Virus record (IMG/VR): IMGVR_UViG_3300029309_000035
Coordinates: 1-59,090 of that record
Direction: 5' to 3' (one strand)
Length of the DNA stretch: 59,090 nucleotides
From: a virus
Lineage: Duplodnaviria; Caudoviricetes
The notes beneath the pieces are model-generated. The model saw nothing but the letters and a program-made list of their open reading frames with translations, ran no database searches and was not told the DNA's origin. Below, piece by piece: positions 46,050 to 55,424 of this stretch (its first letter is position 1; every line of letters begins with the position of its first letter). A program made the translations under genes and the position numbers.

Positions 46050-46640
46050 ATGGCAACATCAAAAAATCTTAATGGACTCCAACCTTCTAGAATGCGTGGT
46101 GGTGGATACAATACGAGTGGTATGAATGAGTACGACATTGCAAACGGCAATGACGAAAACATTTTCCAAGGCGATTTAGTAAAAATTGTCAACGGTGCTA
46201 TTCAAAAGGTATCAGCTACTGGCAATCTACAAGCTGGAGTTTTTATGGGTGTTAACTGGGTGGATCCAACTACTAAACAACCTACGTTTAGTAATTTTTA
46301 TCCAGCAGACACTTCATCATCAACTGGTAATCCAAAAGCTTTAGTTCTTGATGATCCTAATGCTACATATATAGTACAAGCAGATGCGACTGTCGCAGAC
46401 ACTCAAATCGGTTTGAACTTTGATGTAACTTTAGGTTCTGGTTCAACTATTACAGGTATCTCTGGTTTCGGCATGAAAGGCGGAGCAGGAGATGAGGCTG
46501 CAAAAGCATTAAGAGTGCTTAGAAGGTCTACACTACCTGATGAAACTGCAACCGATCGATTTCCAAAGTTTGAGGTTAAACTTAATCTACATAGAGATGA
46601 CTACGGTAAAGGGTCAGTCGTTTCTATAACTGACTTATAG
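46050..46640 (+). CDS. capsid decoration/cement protein
   Basis: GGAGG RBS; IFQGDLV, GVFMG, DDPN motifs; precedes the MCP. Confidence 0.6.
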   Translation: MATSKNLNGLQPSRMRGGGYNTSGMNEYDIANGNDENIFQGDLVKIVNGAIQKVSATGNLQAGVFMGVNWVDPTTKQPTFSNFYPADTSSSTGNPKALVLDDPNATYIVQADATVADTQIGLNFDVTLGSGSTITGISGFGMKGGAGDEAAKALRVLRRSTLPDETATDRFPKFEVKLNLHRDDYGKGSVVSITDL

Positions 46641-46652
46641 GAGGGAAATATT

Positions 46653-47615
46653 ATGGCTATAAATAGAGGTAATATCGCAAAACAGCTCCTTCCTGGATTA
46701 AATGCAATCTTCGGAATGGAGTACGGCTCAATAGAGGACGAACACGTTCCTTTGTTTGAGATTGAAAACTCGGATAGAGCTTTTGAAGAAGAGGTTCTAT
46801 TTACTGGATTCGGTGATGCACCAACTAAATCAGAAGGTGCCGCAGTACAGTATGATTCTGCTACAGAGTCATTCACCAGTCGTTATTCACATGATACAGT
46901 AGCTCTTGCTTTCGCAGTAACGGAAGAAGCTATGGAAGATAACTTGTATGATACTTTTGCTAAAGTACGTGCTAGAGGTCTTGCTAGAGCTATGGCTACA
47001 ACAAAGCAAACTAAAGCTGCTAATGTGTTTAACAATGGTTTTAACACTGCGTTTCCAGGAGGGGATGGGCAACCATTCTTCTCAAACTCTCACCCTGTAG
47101 TGGGAGGCACTCAAGACAACCTATTAGCTGCTTCAGATCTTTCTGAAACAACTGTAGAGACTGCTTTGATTGCTATCCAATTAACTAAGGATGATAGAAA
47201 TATCTTAACAGGTACTCGTACGGAATCATTACATATTCCACCTGCCTTACAGTTTACTGCTGAGAAAATATTAGCAAGTACACTATCTACAACTCCAATT
47301 CATTTCGGTTTCGCATCAAATGGATCTGGACCAACTAATAAAGATGGTGTAACAAACGTCAATGACGTTAATGCTATACGTTCTATGGGTATGCTGCCAA
47401 GGGGTTACTTTGTTAACCATAGATTTACGGATACAAATGCGTATTTCTTTAAAACGGATGTACCTAACGGAGCTAAAATGTTCGTAAGAGCACCATTAGC
47501 TACGAAGATGGAGCCAGACTTTGATACTGGTAACTTGAGATTTAAAGCTAGAGAAAGATATAGCTTTGGTTTCAGTGACTGGAGATCTTATTATGGTTCT
47601 TCTGGTTCATCCTAG
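46653..47615 (+). CDS. major capsid protein
   Basis: MAI.R..IAKQL.PGLNA.FG, SDRAFEEEV, EEA.EDNLY, DFDTGNLRFKARERYSFG. Confidence 0.93.
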   Translation: MAINRGNIAKQLLPGLNAIFGMEYGSIEDEHVPLFEIENSDRAFEEEVLFTGFGDAPTKSEGAAVQYDSATESFTSRYSHDTVALAFAVTEEAMEDNLYDTFAKVRARGLARAMATTKQTKAANVFNNGFNTAFPGGDGQPFFSNSHPVVGGTQDNLLAASDLSETTVETALIAIQLTKDDRNILTGTRTESLHIPPALQFTAEKILASTLSTTPIHFGFASNGSGPTNKDGVTNVNDVNAIRSMGMLPRGYFVNHRFTDTNAYFFKTDVPNGAKMFVRAPLATKMEPDFDTGNLRFKARERYSFGFSDWRSYYGSSGSS

Positions 47616-47627
47616 AATGTAAATGAT

Positions 47628-47659
47628 AATAGGGGTCAGTAATGGCCCCTATTGTTTTA
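47628..47659 (+). terminator. intrinsic terminator after the MCP gene
   Basis: AATAGGGGTCA/TGGCCCCTATT stem followed by GTTTT. Confidence 0.75.
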
Positions 47660-47673
47660 TTAAGGAATTAAAT

Positions 47674-47955
47674 ATGGCAACAAATATAAAAGCAATATTC
47701 GCAACATCTACATCTACAATAGATTCGGTTCCTGGTAGACTTAGAGGATACAGCTTAGTAAACGGTATGGCTTCAGCAACCGATATTGTTTTAAGAGATG
47801 GTGGTGCTGCTGGTTCAATTATTATGAAACAAAGATTAATAGCCGGTGGTTCATCTGATCAATACATTGAGGATGCGGGTATTCGTTACGAAACAAATCT
47901 GCATGTCACTATGAATGCAGGAGTTAGTGTAGCTGGTACATTCTTTGTAGGATAG
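47674..47955 (+). CDS. small virion protein
   Basis: AAGGA RBS before ATG; beta-rich sequence. Confidence 0.55.
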   Translation: MATNIKAIFATSTSTIDSVPGRLRGYSLVNGMASATDIVLRDGGAAGSIIMKQRLIAGGSSDQYIEDAGIRYETNLHVTMNAGVSVAGTFFVG

Positions 47956-47958
47956 CAC

Positions 47959-48261
47959 ATGGCCGTTCGTAAAAAGAGAAAGGGCATGGGCATAAAGTCT
48001 AGTGTTAAGTCAGGTAATTTTAGACCGACTAAACAAGGTGCCGGTATGACAGCTAAAGGTGTAGCTGCCTATCGTCGTGCTAATCCTGGATCTAAATTAA
48101 AAACTGCTGTTACTGGTAAAGTCGCAAAAGGGAGTAAAGCTGCAAAAAGAAGAAAGTCATTTTGTGCACGATCTGCGGGTCAAGCCAAGATGCATAATAT
48201 TAATTGTCGAAAGACACCTAATAAAAGAATCTGTCAAGCAAGGAGGAGATGGAAATGTTAG
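47959..48261 (+). CDS. small basic protein (DUF6321-like)
   Basis: GMTAKGVAAYRRANPGSKLKTAV...RRKSFCARS...WKC. Confidence 0.7.
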   Translation: MAVRKKRKGMGIKSSVKSGNFRPTKQGAGMTAKGVAAYRRANPGSKLKTAVTGKVAKGSKAAKRRKSFCARSAGQAKMHNINCRKTPNKRICQARRRWKC

Positions 48262-48374
48262 ATATAAATATGATATGGGAAAAAATAAAAGAACAAGTTA
48301 AATGTGCTACATGTAATAGACACTGGTACATTCTAGCAGCTATAGCAGTAGTTGCTTGGTGTTGGATTTGGTAG
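48255..48374 (+). CDS. 39-aa membrane peptide
   Basis: AGGAGG RBS; CxxC followed by a TM segment. Confidence 0.45.
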   Translation: MLDINMIWEKIKEQVKCATCNRHWYILAAIAVVAWCWIW

Positions 48375-48375
48375 T

Positions 48376-48597
48376 ATGACTAACAAAGAACTAACTGATA
48401 TTAAACTTGAATTAACTCGACACATAGAACGTGAACAACAATTACGTGAGGATGTATCTGAGTTAAAAACAGATATGGGTTGTGTTAAAAAATCTATCTT
48501 TCAAGTTAAATGGTTAGTCATAGGGGCTGTGTGTGCTACCGTTGTTATGCAGTCAGGAGCAACATCAGTTATTGCAAAGATACTTATAGGTATTTAA
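48376..48597 (+). CDS. coiled-coil plus TM protein (XhlA/holin-like)
   Basis: N-terminal coiled coil, C-terminal hydrophobic helix. Confidence 0.45.
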   Translation: MTNKELTDIKLELTRHIEREQQLREDVSELKTDMGCVKKSIFQVKWLVIGAVCATVVMQSGATSVIAKILIGI

Positions 48598-48598
48598 T

Positions 48599-48754
48599 AT
48601 GGCCATAAGTCGTGCTAATATAAGACAACAAGTAACGAAAGGACCACAAAAGAAAAAGTGGACCCGAAAGTACAAGAAGTCTATTAACTGCAAAAACCCA
48701 AAAGGTTTTTCACAACGAGCACATTGTGCTGGTAGAAAGAAGAGAGGTAGATAA
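48599..48754 (+). CDS. small basic protein (51 aa)
   Basis: hand-translated MAISRANIRQQVTK...KKSINCKNPKGFSQRAHCAGRKK. Confidence 0.6.
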   Translation: MAISRANIRQQVTKGPQKKKWTRKYKKSINCKNPKGFSQRAHCAGRKKRGR

Positions 48755-48879
48755 TGCAAGTAACAAAAAACGTAATAAGGTTTAATAATATGCTTGTTAA
48801 GATTCCACAGGCTACAAAAAGAGTGTGGGATTTATCAGAAAATAGATGGGGATACAGCTATGCCAAAACTATGTCCTAG
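48754..48879 (+). CDS. small hypothetical protein (41 aa)
   Basis: GAGG RBS; coupled to both neighbours. Confidence 0.4.
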   Translation: MQVTKNVIRFNNMLVKIPQATKRVWDLSENRWGYSYAKTMS

Positions 48880-49114
48880 AGGTAAAAAAGCAGCTAAAGC
48901 TAAATTCGCAGTTTACCCAAGTGCATATGCGAATGCGTATGCATCAAAGGTCTGTGCTGGTAAAATAAAAGGACCGGGTGGTAAAAAGAGAAAAGACTTT
49001 AGAGGACCGAAACCAAAGGCAGCTGGAGGCGGCACTATTAAATTAAACGGTGGTGGAAAGGTTGCTCGTGGTTGTGGTATAGTAAAACGAAAGAAGAAAA
49101 CTAAATACAGATAA
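48860..49114 (+). CDS. small basic protein (DUF5872-like)
   Basis: AKAKFAVYPSAYANAYASKVC motif; ATG at 48860. Confidence 0.65.
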   Translation: MPKLCPRGKKAAKAKFAVYPSAYANAYASKVCAGKIKGPGGKKRKDFRGPKPKAAGGGTIKLNGGGKVARGCGIVKRKKKTKYR

Positions 49115-49206
49115 CATGACTAAAAAAAATTACTATACACAAAGACAATGGGACAGAGTTGTTGGTTATGGAAAGGTTCCAGATAAATATAAATTAGAGA
49201 AAAAAA

Positions 49207-49485
49207 ATGGCTAAAAAAGGTTTAAAGACTTGGTTCAAAGAAAACTGGGTAGATATATCTACAGGTAAAAAGTGTGGCCGTAAATCAGCTAAGTCATCAA
49301 AAAGAAAATATCCCGTTTGTCGCCCAAAGGCAGTTGCTAATCGAATGACAGCAGGTCAAAAAGCTGCGGCTGTTAGAAGAAAAAGAGCCAAGACCAACGT
49401 AGGTCCAAAACCCACATCTATTCGTTATCCTATTAGTGCAAGTGGACGTAAACAAAAGGTTAAGAAATCTAAAAGAAGGGCATAG
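49207..49485 (+). CDS. small basic protein
   Basis: GLKTWFKENWVDI...CGR...YP.CRP motif. Confidence 0.65.
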   Translation: MAKKGLKTWFKENWVDISTGKKCGRKSAKSSKRKYPVCRPKAVANRMTAGQKAAAVRRKRAKTNVGPKPTSIRYPISASGRKQKVKKSKRRA

Positions 49486-49491
49486 ACGACG

Positions 49492-49950
49492 ATGATTGAT
49501 CCATTAATGGCTTTTGCTGCATTAAAGACAGCTAGTAGTACAATATCCAGTGCTGTTAAAGCCGGTAAAGATTTAGCTTCTTTAGTTGGTCCTATAACAA
49601 GACTGGCTAAAGCTGAAGCTGATTTATCATTTGCTGCCGAAAAAAAAGGTGGTATACTTGGTAAATTAACGGGAGCTGAGCAGACAGCAATCGATGCTCA
49701 CTTTCGTAAAGAGGAAGCCAACCGTATCCGTGATGAGATGCGAGAACTGTTTATGTTGTTTGGTTCTCCGGGACAGTGGGAAAGACTACAGGCTGAGATA
49801 GCTGCGGAAAGAGTTCGTCGTAAGAAAGCTTTGGAAGCAGAAGCTCGTCGTAAACGTCGACTAAAGAATATGATTATTTTAACATTGTCTTTAGTGACAG
49901 CAATAACTATACTAACACTTGAAATAATGTACTTAAAAGGAGTAATATAA
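49492..49950 (+). CDS. membrane-anchored coiled-coil protein
   Basis: MIDP N-terminus, C-terminal TM helix. Confidence 0.6.
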   Translation: MIDPLMAFAALKTASSTISSAVKAGKDLASLVGPITRLAKAEADLSFAAEKKGGILGKLTGAEQTAIDAHFRKEEANRIRDEMRELFMLFGSPGQWERLQAEIAAERVRRKKALEAEARRKRRLKNMIILTLSLVTAITILTLEIMYLKGVI

Positions 49951-50300
49951 TGGTAATGAAAAAGAAATCAACAAAGAAAAAAATGATGGCCGGTGGTAGA
50001 ACCAAAGGCACTAAATACAAAGCAGCTGGTGGTGGTCGAATGACTAAAGGCACTAAATACAAAGCAGCTGGTGGTGGTAAGATGCCTATGGTTAAAAAGA
50101 ATGGAAAAATGATTCCAGCTTTTGCAGCTGATGGTAAAGGTAAAATGAAAAAAGGTGGTAAAGCCAAACTTATGGGTGGCGGGATGACTAAAGGCACTAA
50201 ATATAAAGCAGCCGGTGGTCGAACCATGAAGACATCTAAGTATAGAGCCGGTGGTGGAATCAAAGGCACTAAGTATAAAAGAAGAGGCGGCAAGGTTTAA
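49950..50300 (+). CDS. K/G-rich repeat protein
   Basis: about 5 copies of (M)TKGTKYKAAGG; DNA-level repeats of AAAGGCACTAAATA. Confidence 0.7.
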   Translation: MVMKKKSTKKKMMAGGRTKGTKYKAAGGGRMTKGTKYKAAGGGKMPMVKKNGKMIPAFAADGKGKMKKGGKAKLMGGGMTKGTKYKAAGGRTMKTSKYRAGGGIKGTKYKRRGGKV

Positions 50301-50302
50301 TA

Positions 50303-50974
50303 GTGGCATATACAATTTCTAACATCCCACACTTTAAGTGTTGGGTGAGGAAAGAGTTCACGCATAACCACGAGAAATACCAAGGAGAGTTTCTCCATGC
50401 TTTGGCTTTTGCAGTGTGCACTATTCCAGACCGTTGTTTAAGTTTTCAAGTTGTGTTTACAGGATGTGGCGAAGACCACCCTAATCCCCACGGTGGAGCT
50501 ATGTGGGCACGTATACCAATAACGTCTTTAGTGGGGGACACACCGTTTGATGAATGGCCACCAAACATACAGACTCATTTAGCCCAACCATGGGACTGCT
50601 CCAGTCGTAATCATGCTATCATCAGAATGGATCGAATTAGTTCAAGTCCGTGGTTGTGTAAGATAGACGGAGAGTTCTATAATGGTAAGTACATGTTTAC
50701 GGTTGATTATACCGACAGTTATATATCGGATGATCCAGCACAACATAAACAATCACATGTGTTGGAATTAACATCGGGTCCGTATAAAGGTTGTATAGTA
50801 GCACTACCGAACAATCGTGTACGTGTAACCAATCCTGCACTATGGGTTGTTGGAGAGGGACCACCAGACTTTGTACCGTCACAGTGGGAACACTCCGCAG
50901 AGCAACACGATAGTTATATGGACTGGGAAACAACATTTGATAACCTATATGAATGGGGAAAGAAAAAGAAATGA
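50303..50974 (+). CDS. conserved hypothetical phage protein
   Basis: HGGAMWARIP, PWDCSS, HKQSHV, ALPNNRVR motifs. Confidence 0.65.
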   Translation: MAYTISNIPHFKCWVRKEFTHNHEKYQGEFLHALAFAVCTIPDRCLSFQVVFTGCGEDHPNPHGGAMWARIPITSLVGDTPFDEWPPNIQTHLAQPWDCSSRNHAIIRMDRISSSPWLCKIDGEFYNGKYMFTVDYTDSYISDDPAQHKQSHVLELTSGPYKGCIVALPNNRVRVTNPALWVVGEGPPDFVPSQWEHSAEQHDSYMDWETTFDNLYEWGKKKK

Positions 50975-51300
50975 CAGATAATATGGATAAAAAATTAGAT
51001 TCAATAACACTCACAGAAGAGGAGTATAAGAAGAAAAAAGCTAGAGGTGATTTTGAAAACAAAAAGTCTCCGATACCTACTTATATAAGAACAAAAAAAA
51101 CAAAACCCAAACCTGAACCTAATCCGTTACCACCAGATGTGAGAAAAGCCATGGATCAAGTATATAAAAAAGATACTGAAGGAAGACAAATTCTAAAAGA
51201 ATTATATGATGAAACAAAAACAAACGAACCAAAGAAAAAAGAATTCATGACCGGTGGCATGGTTAATCCATCATTTGGAACTGAGTTTGACGATAGGTAA
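50971..51300 (+). CDS. hypothetical protein
   Basis: ends FMTGGMVNP...; start probably 50971. Confidence 0.5.
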   Translation: MTDNMDKKLDSITLTEEEYKKKKARGDFENKKSPIPTYIRTKKTKPKPEPNPLPPDVRKAMDQVYKKDTEGRQILKELYDETKTNEPKKKEFMTGGMVNPSFGTEFDDR

Positions 51301-51311
51301 GGAGAAATATT

Positions 51312-51422
51312 ATGGATAATAAAAAAGTACGTAAAATTATTAGTGGTTTAAAAAAAGCATCAAAGCTACATGCTTCTCAGGCTAAACAACTTGAGGGTAT
51401 GTTAAAACAAAAGAAGAAATAG
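51312..51422 (+). CDS. small basic peptide (36 aa)
   Basis: AAGGAG RBS; GLKKASKLHASQAKQL. Confidence 0.55.
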   Translation: MDNKKVRKIISGLKKASKLHASQAKQLEGMLKQKKK

Positions 51423-52115
51423 ATGGCAACTTCGGGTACAACAACATTCAATCTAGATATAGCTGATGTGATCGAAGAAGCTATGTCTATGTTAGGTGGA
51501 GAACAAACTCTAGGGTTTGAACCATTAGAGGCACGTCGTACACTTAACCTTCTTCTTATTGATTGGATGAACCGTGGTATATTACTATGGAAACAGAACC
51601 TAGCCACATTGGATATAACAAGTGGCACAGCTGAATACACATTACCCACTTCACTTATAGATATAACTGAACTAGTTCATAGAACAGTTAGTGGTTCAAC
51701 AACTACAGATTTAGCTTTAGAACGTATCACTATGGAAGCTTATCAAAGAATTACAAACAAGACACAAACAGGTAGACCTACACAGTATGCTGTTAATAGA
51801 TTAAGAGATGCAGCTGAATTATATTTATGGCCTACACCTGATACCACAACTTCTAGTGGCACACCATTATTGTCATACTTTAGCTTTAACAAAGTTGAAG
51901 ATGTAACTAAATCTAACCAAGATCCTGATGTTCCTTTTAGATTCTTACCATGCTTATCAACAGGCTTAGCTTATAAAATGTCTATTAAAAGACCAGGCAT
52001 TACATCTGAACGAGCTAGTATGTTAAAGCAAATGTACGAAGAAGAATTAACATCAGCAATGTATGCAGATAAAGAAAGAGCTAGTCTTTTGATTAAGCCA
52101 TCGTTTAGGTTATAA
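51423..52115 (+). CDS. head-tail adaptor (P22 gp4/T7 gp11-like)
   Basis: MATSGTTTFNLD, ARRTLNLL..W.NRG, GRPTQY, LWPTPD, PFRFLPCL..GLAY; ATG 51424 to TAA region. Confidence 0.7.
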   Translation: MATSGTTTFNLDIADVIEEAMSMLGGEQTLGFEPLEARRTLNLLLIDWMNRGILLWKQNLATLDITSGTAEYTLPTSLIDITELVHRTVSGSTTTDLALERITMEAYQRITNKTQTGRPTQYAVNRLRDAAELYLWPTPDTTTSSGTPLLSYFSFNKVEDVTKSNQDPDVPFRFLPCLSTGLAYKMSIKRPGITSERASMLKQMYEEELTSAMYADKERASLLIKPSFRL

Positions 52116-52384
52116 TGGCAAAAGGTAAGTATGCATACTTTGTCTGCGATCGATCAGGGTTTAGATTTAAATACTCTGAACGAATCAAAGAGCCGACGGG
52201 ATTAGTAGTTGGAGCTTCGGAAACGGATGGTCGATATAATATATTAGATCACCCGCAGAACAAAACTCCAAGGATTAATGACGATGAAAACTTGAGGGAT
52301 GCACGTCCAGAAGTTGCACTAGCTACAACTGGTGATGCTGGATGGAGTCCTGATGATTCAACATTTACAAAGAGAGGTAACTAA
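52115..52384 (+). CDS. conserved small virion-module protein
   Basis: CDRSGFRF...HPQ...LRDARP. Confidence 0.6.
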   Translation: MAKGKYAYFVCDRSGFRFKYSERIKEPTGLVVGASETDGRYNILDHPQNKTPRINDDENLRDARPEVALATTGDAGWSPDDSTFTKRGN

Positions 52385-52386
52385 AA

Positions 52387-52824
52387 ATGGCCATTACACA
52401 AGCTGTATGTAATTCCTTTAAATCGGAAGTTTTACAAGAAGGGCATCAGATTAAAACTGATACCTTAAAGATAGCTTTATTCACAAGTGCGGCTTCTTTG
52501 TCTGCGGGTACGGCTGCGTACTCAACGTCTAATGAAGTTGTATCAAGTGGTGGGTATGCTCCTGGAGGTGGTACACTAACTGGTGTAACTATTTCCCTTG
52601 GTGGTACATCTGCTTCTGGTGGAACAGCAATTATTGATTTTGCTGATATATCTTTTACAAGTACAACATTCTCAGCTAGAGGAGCATTAATATATAATTC
52701 ATCTAATAGTAATAAAGCTATTGCTGTTTTAGACTTTGGGTCTGATAAAGTATCAACTAACGGTACTTTTACTATTTCATTCCCAGCTGCTGCTGCCGCC
52801 ACTGCTATTATCACACTTTCATAG
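52387..52824 (+). CDS. virion structural (tail) protein
   Basis: MAITQAVCNSFK, ARGALIYN, AVLDFG.DK. Confidence 0.7.
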   Translation: MAITQAVCNSFKSEVLQEGHQIKTDTLKIALFTSAASLSAGTAAYSTSNEVVSSGGYAPGGGTLTGVTISLGGTSASGGTAIIDFADISFTSTTFSARGALIYNSSNSNKAIAVLDFGSDKVSTNGTFTISFPAAAAATAIITLS

Positions 52825-52840
52825 TCGAGGTTAATCGTCT

Positions 52841-53815
52841 ATGTCTGTGGTTACTAGTGGATACAGTAGAAATACTTGGAACTCAGGTGCATGGAACCGT
52901 AGTGTCGTTGACCGATCGGTTACAGTAACAGGAGTTTCATTATCTACTACTCTCCGTTCTGTAGAAATAGTTATTCCAGGCACGGCTTTTGTAACTAACG
53001 CAGGAATAAGTTTATCTCTTCGTAGTGTAGCTACAACAGCTAATGTAAACGTACCGGTAACCAGAGCAAATATAGGATTTAGTTTACGGTCTGCTACTGT
53101 TGAAGTTGTTAAAACAAGCAATGTAACGGGAATATCTTTGGCGACTACTTTACGTAGTCCATCACTCACAGGTAGCCCAAAAGTTTCTCTAACAGGATTA
53201 TCACCAAGCTTTACATTAAGAGATGCTATAGCTTTCTTCGGAACAAATGTTATACCGTCACAAACATCAGCAACATTTGCAACGGGTAATGAAAAAATAG
53301 GAGCTGGTGCTAATCCAGTTATATATGGTGAGGCGAAAACATTTAAGGTAACTGTTGTAAATGTGGGTGGTAATAATAAATACTTTATTGATGGTAGACA
53401 ACAGTATGGTTTAAATTTAGTTAAAGGTCGTACACTTTATACCTTTGATCAATCCGATAGTTCTAATAGTGGACACCCATTAAGATTTTATTTAGATGCA
53501 GCTAGAAGCACACTTTTTTCAACTAGTGTTTATACAGTAGGAACTCCCGGTAATGCTGGAGCTTATACACAAATATTTGTTGCGAATGATGGTCCAACTA
53601 CATTATACTATCAATGTAGTATACACGCAGGTATGGGAGGTAAAGCAAACTTTCAACCAGTAATGAGAACAAGAGTTGTATCACCAAATATAAACGGTGA
53701 TGGCAACTTGGTATTAACAGGAGTTAGTGCTAGATTTAGAACACGCATAAGAGGAATATGGACACCGAAAGTTTTTGGTGGTACTTCTGAAATATGGAAG
53801 GCTAAGAAGATATGA
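52841..53815 (+). CDS. tail protein with an inserted cupredoxin-like domain
   Basis: V.VTG repeats; FDQSDSSNSGHPLRF...YYQCSIHAGMG. Confidence 0.65.
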   Translation: MSVVTSGYSRNTWNSGAWNRSVVDRSVTVTGVSLSTTLRSVEIVIPGTAFVTNAGISLSLRSVATTANVNVPVTRANIGFSLRSATVEVVKTSNVTGISLATTLRSPSLTGSPKVSLTGLSPSFTLRDAIAFFGTNVIPSQTSATFATGNEKIGAGANPVIYGEAKTFKVTVVNVGGNNKYFIDGRQQYGLNLVKGRTLYTFDQSDSSNSGHPLRFYLDAARSTLFSTSVYTVGTPGNAGAYTQIFVANDGPTTLYYQCSIHAGMGGKANFQPVMRTRVVSPNINGDGNLVLTGVSARFRTRIRGIWTPKVFGGTSEIWKAKKI

Positions 53816-54474
53816 GTATAACATTTAACCAATTAGTAAACAGAATTAAAACAACAAGTGAAGATACCAGCACAGAGTTTGTTGGTGACATTCCAGCTTT
53901 TATAGAAAGAGCTGAAGCAAGATTAACAAGAGAAATAGATTCGTATGGTGTTGTTCAATATGCAACATCAAATTTGGTTATTGGTGATCCATTTATTACC
54001 AAACCTGTAGATACATTAATTATAAAAAATTTAAATATTTTAAAGTCTGACGGAACACGTATTAATTTATTACAAAAGACAGATGAATATTTAAATGATT
54101 ATTGGCCAAAACGTACAAGTGTAGGAGTTCCTCGTTATTATGCCAACTTTGGTTTTAATAACTTACTTGTAGCTCCCACACCAGTATCGGCCTATGATTG
54201 TGAAATGTCTTACATTGTCCAACCAACAGCAGCAACCTCAGTGCATCAAGAGAATTTCTTTACTGAATATTGTTCTAATGCATTGTTTTATGCTAGTATG
54301 AAGGAAGCTTGTATGTTCATGAAGAACTACTCAGCAGCTCAAGTTTGGGAACAAGAGTATCAACGAGCCTTTACTGACTTATTGAATGAAGCTAGAAGAA
54401 CAAGACAAGATGATATGAGAAACAATGCCTCACCAGCTGGAGGCGATAATACATTAGTAAAAGGAAGTAATTAA
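53812..54474 (+). CDS. second head-tail adaptor-like protein
   Basis: FI..AEAR..R, G.PRYYA, APTP, LFYASM.EA. Confidence 0.65.
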   Translation: MSITFNQLVNRIKTTSEDTSTEFVGDIPAFIERAEARLTREIDSYGVVQYATSNLVIGDPFITKPVDTLIIKNLNILKSDGTRINLLQKTDEYLNDYWPKRTSVGVPRYYANFGFNNLLVAPTPVSAYDCEMSYIVQPTAATSVHQENFFTEYCSNALFYASMKEACMFMKNYSAAQVWEQEYQRAFTDLLNEARRTRQDDMRNNASPAGGDNTLVKGSN

Positions 54475-54476
54475 TT

Positions 54477-55415
54477 ATGCCCAGTACGTATACAACTAGA
54501 CTTAGATTAGAGAAACAAGCTGATGGTGAAAATGCAAACACTTGGGGTGATCGTCTTAATCAACAAGTTATTGACATGGTTGACGAAGCCGTTGGTGGTG
54601 TAGTCGTTGTCAGTACAACAGGAGCCACAACATCATTAACCGCAAGTAACGGTGCAGCCGATCAGTCTCGTAATGCTGTATTAAGAATTGAAGGAACATT
54701 AGGATCTGACTCAACTATAGTAATTCCTAGTGTTGAAAAGTTATATGTTGTTGATAACCAAACATCTGGTGGCTCACATACAGTTAAAATAAAAACAGCT
54801 GCAACAACAACAAATGTTATTGCTCCTCGTGGTGGTTCAAAGTTTATTTATTGTGACGGAACAAATGTACACAATGCTGTCGACCCAGTAGGTGTAAGTG
54901 CATTGTCTACAGAGGGTGGTGCCGTTGGTCCTATCACAGTAGGTGGCACGGTATCAGCTACGTCAGTTGTAGCCACTCGTATGGCTGCTACAAGTATTTC
55001 AAGTTCAGTCACAGATACAACTAAACTATTTGCAACGACAGCCATATCCGTTAGTGCTGTTGATTCACTGGGTAAACAATTACGATTAACAAAAGCAGCT
55101 GTGGCCGACGTGGTTTCATTAACAGATGCAACATCAATTACTGTGAACCTTGATAATGGTCAGAACTTTGATGTAGTTCTTGGTGGGAACAGGACGTTAG
55201 CTAATCCAACAAATGTACAAAAGGGGCAGACAGGATCATTCTTTATTCGACAGGATGGCACTGGATCTCGTACGTTGGCTTATGGTGGTAACTATAAGTT
55301 TGTTGGAGGCACGGCTCCCACTCTTACAACGACAGCTTCTGCCGTCGATCGTATAGACTACATTGTGTTTTCAAGTTCAAGTGTACACATGCAGGCGAGT
55401 TTAAACGTAAGTTAG
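54477..55415 (+). CDS. tail fibre proximal protein
   Basis: GENANTWG...N N-terminus; GNRTLANP, QDGTGSRTLA, APTLTT..SAVD C-terminus. Confidence 0.7.
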   Translation: MPSTYTTRLRLEKQADGENANTWGDRLNQQVIDMVDEAVGGVVVVSTTGATTSLTASNGAADQSRNAVLRIEGTLGSDSTIVIPSVEKLYVVDNQTSGGSHTVKIKTAATTTNVIAPRGGSKFIYCDGTNVHNAVDPVGVSALSTEGGAVGPITVGGTVSATSVVATRMAATSISSSVTDTTKLFATTAISVSAVDSLGKQLRLTKAAVADVVSLTDATSITVNLDNGQNFDVVLGGNRTLANPTNVQKGQTGSFFIRQDGTGSRTLAYGGNYKFVGGTAPTLTTTASAVDRIDYIVFSSSSVHMQASLNVS

Positions 55416-55424
55416 AGGTTACAC

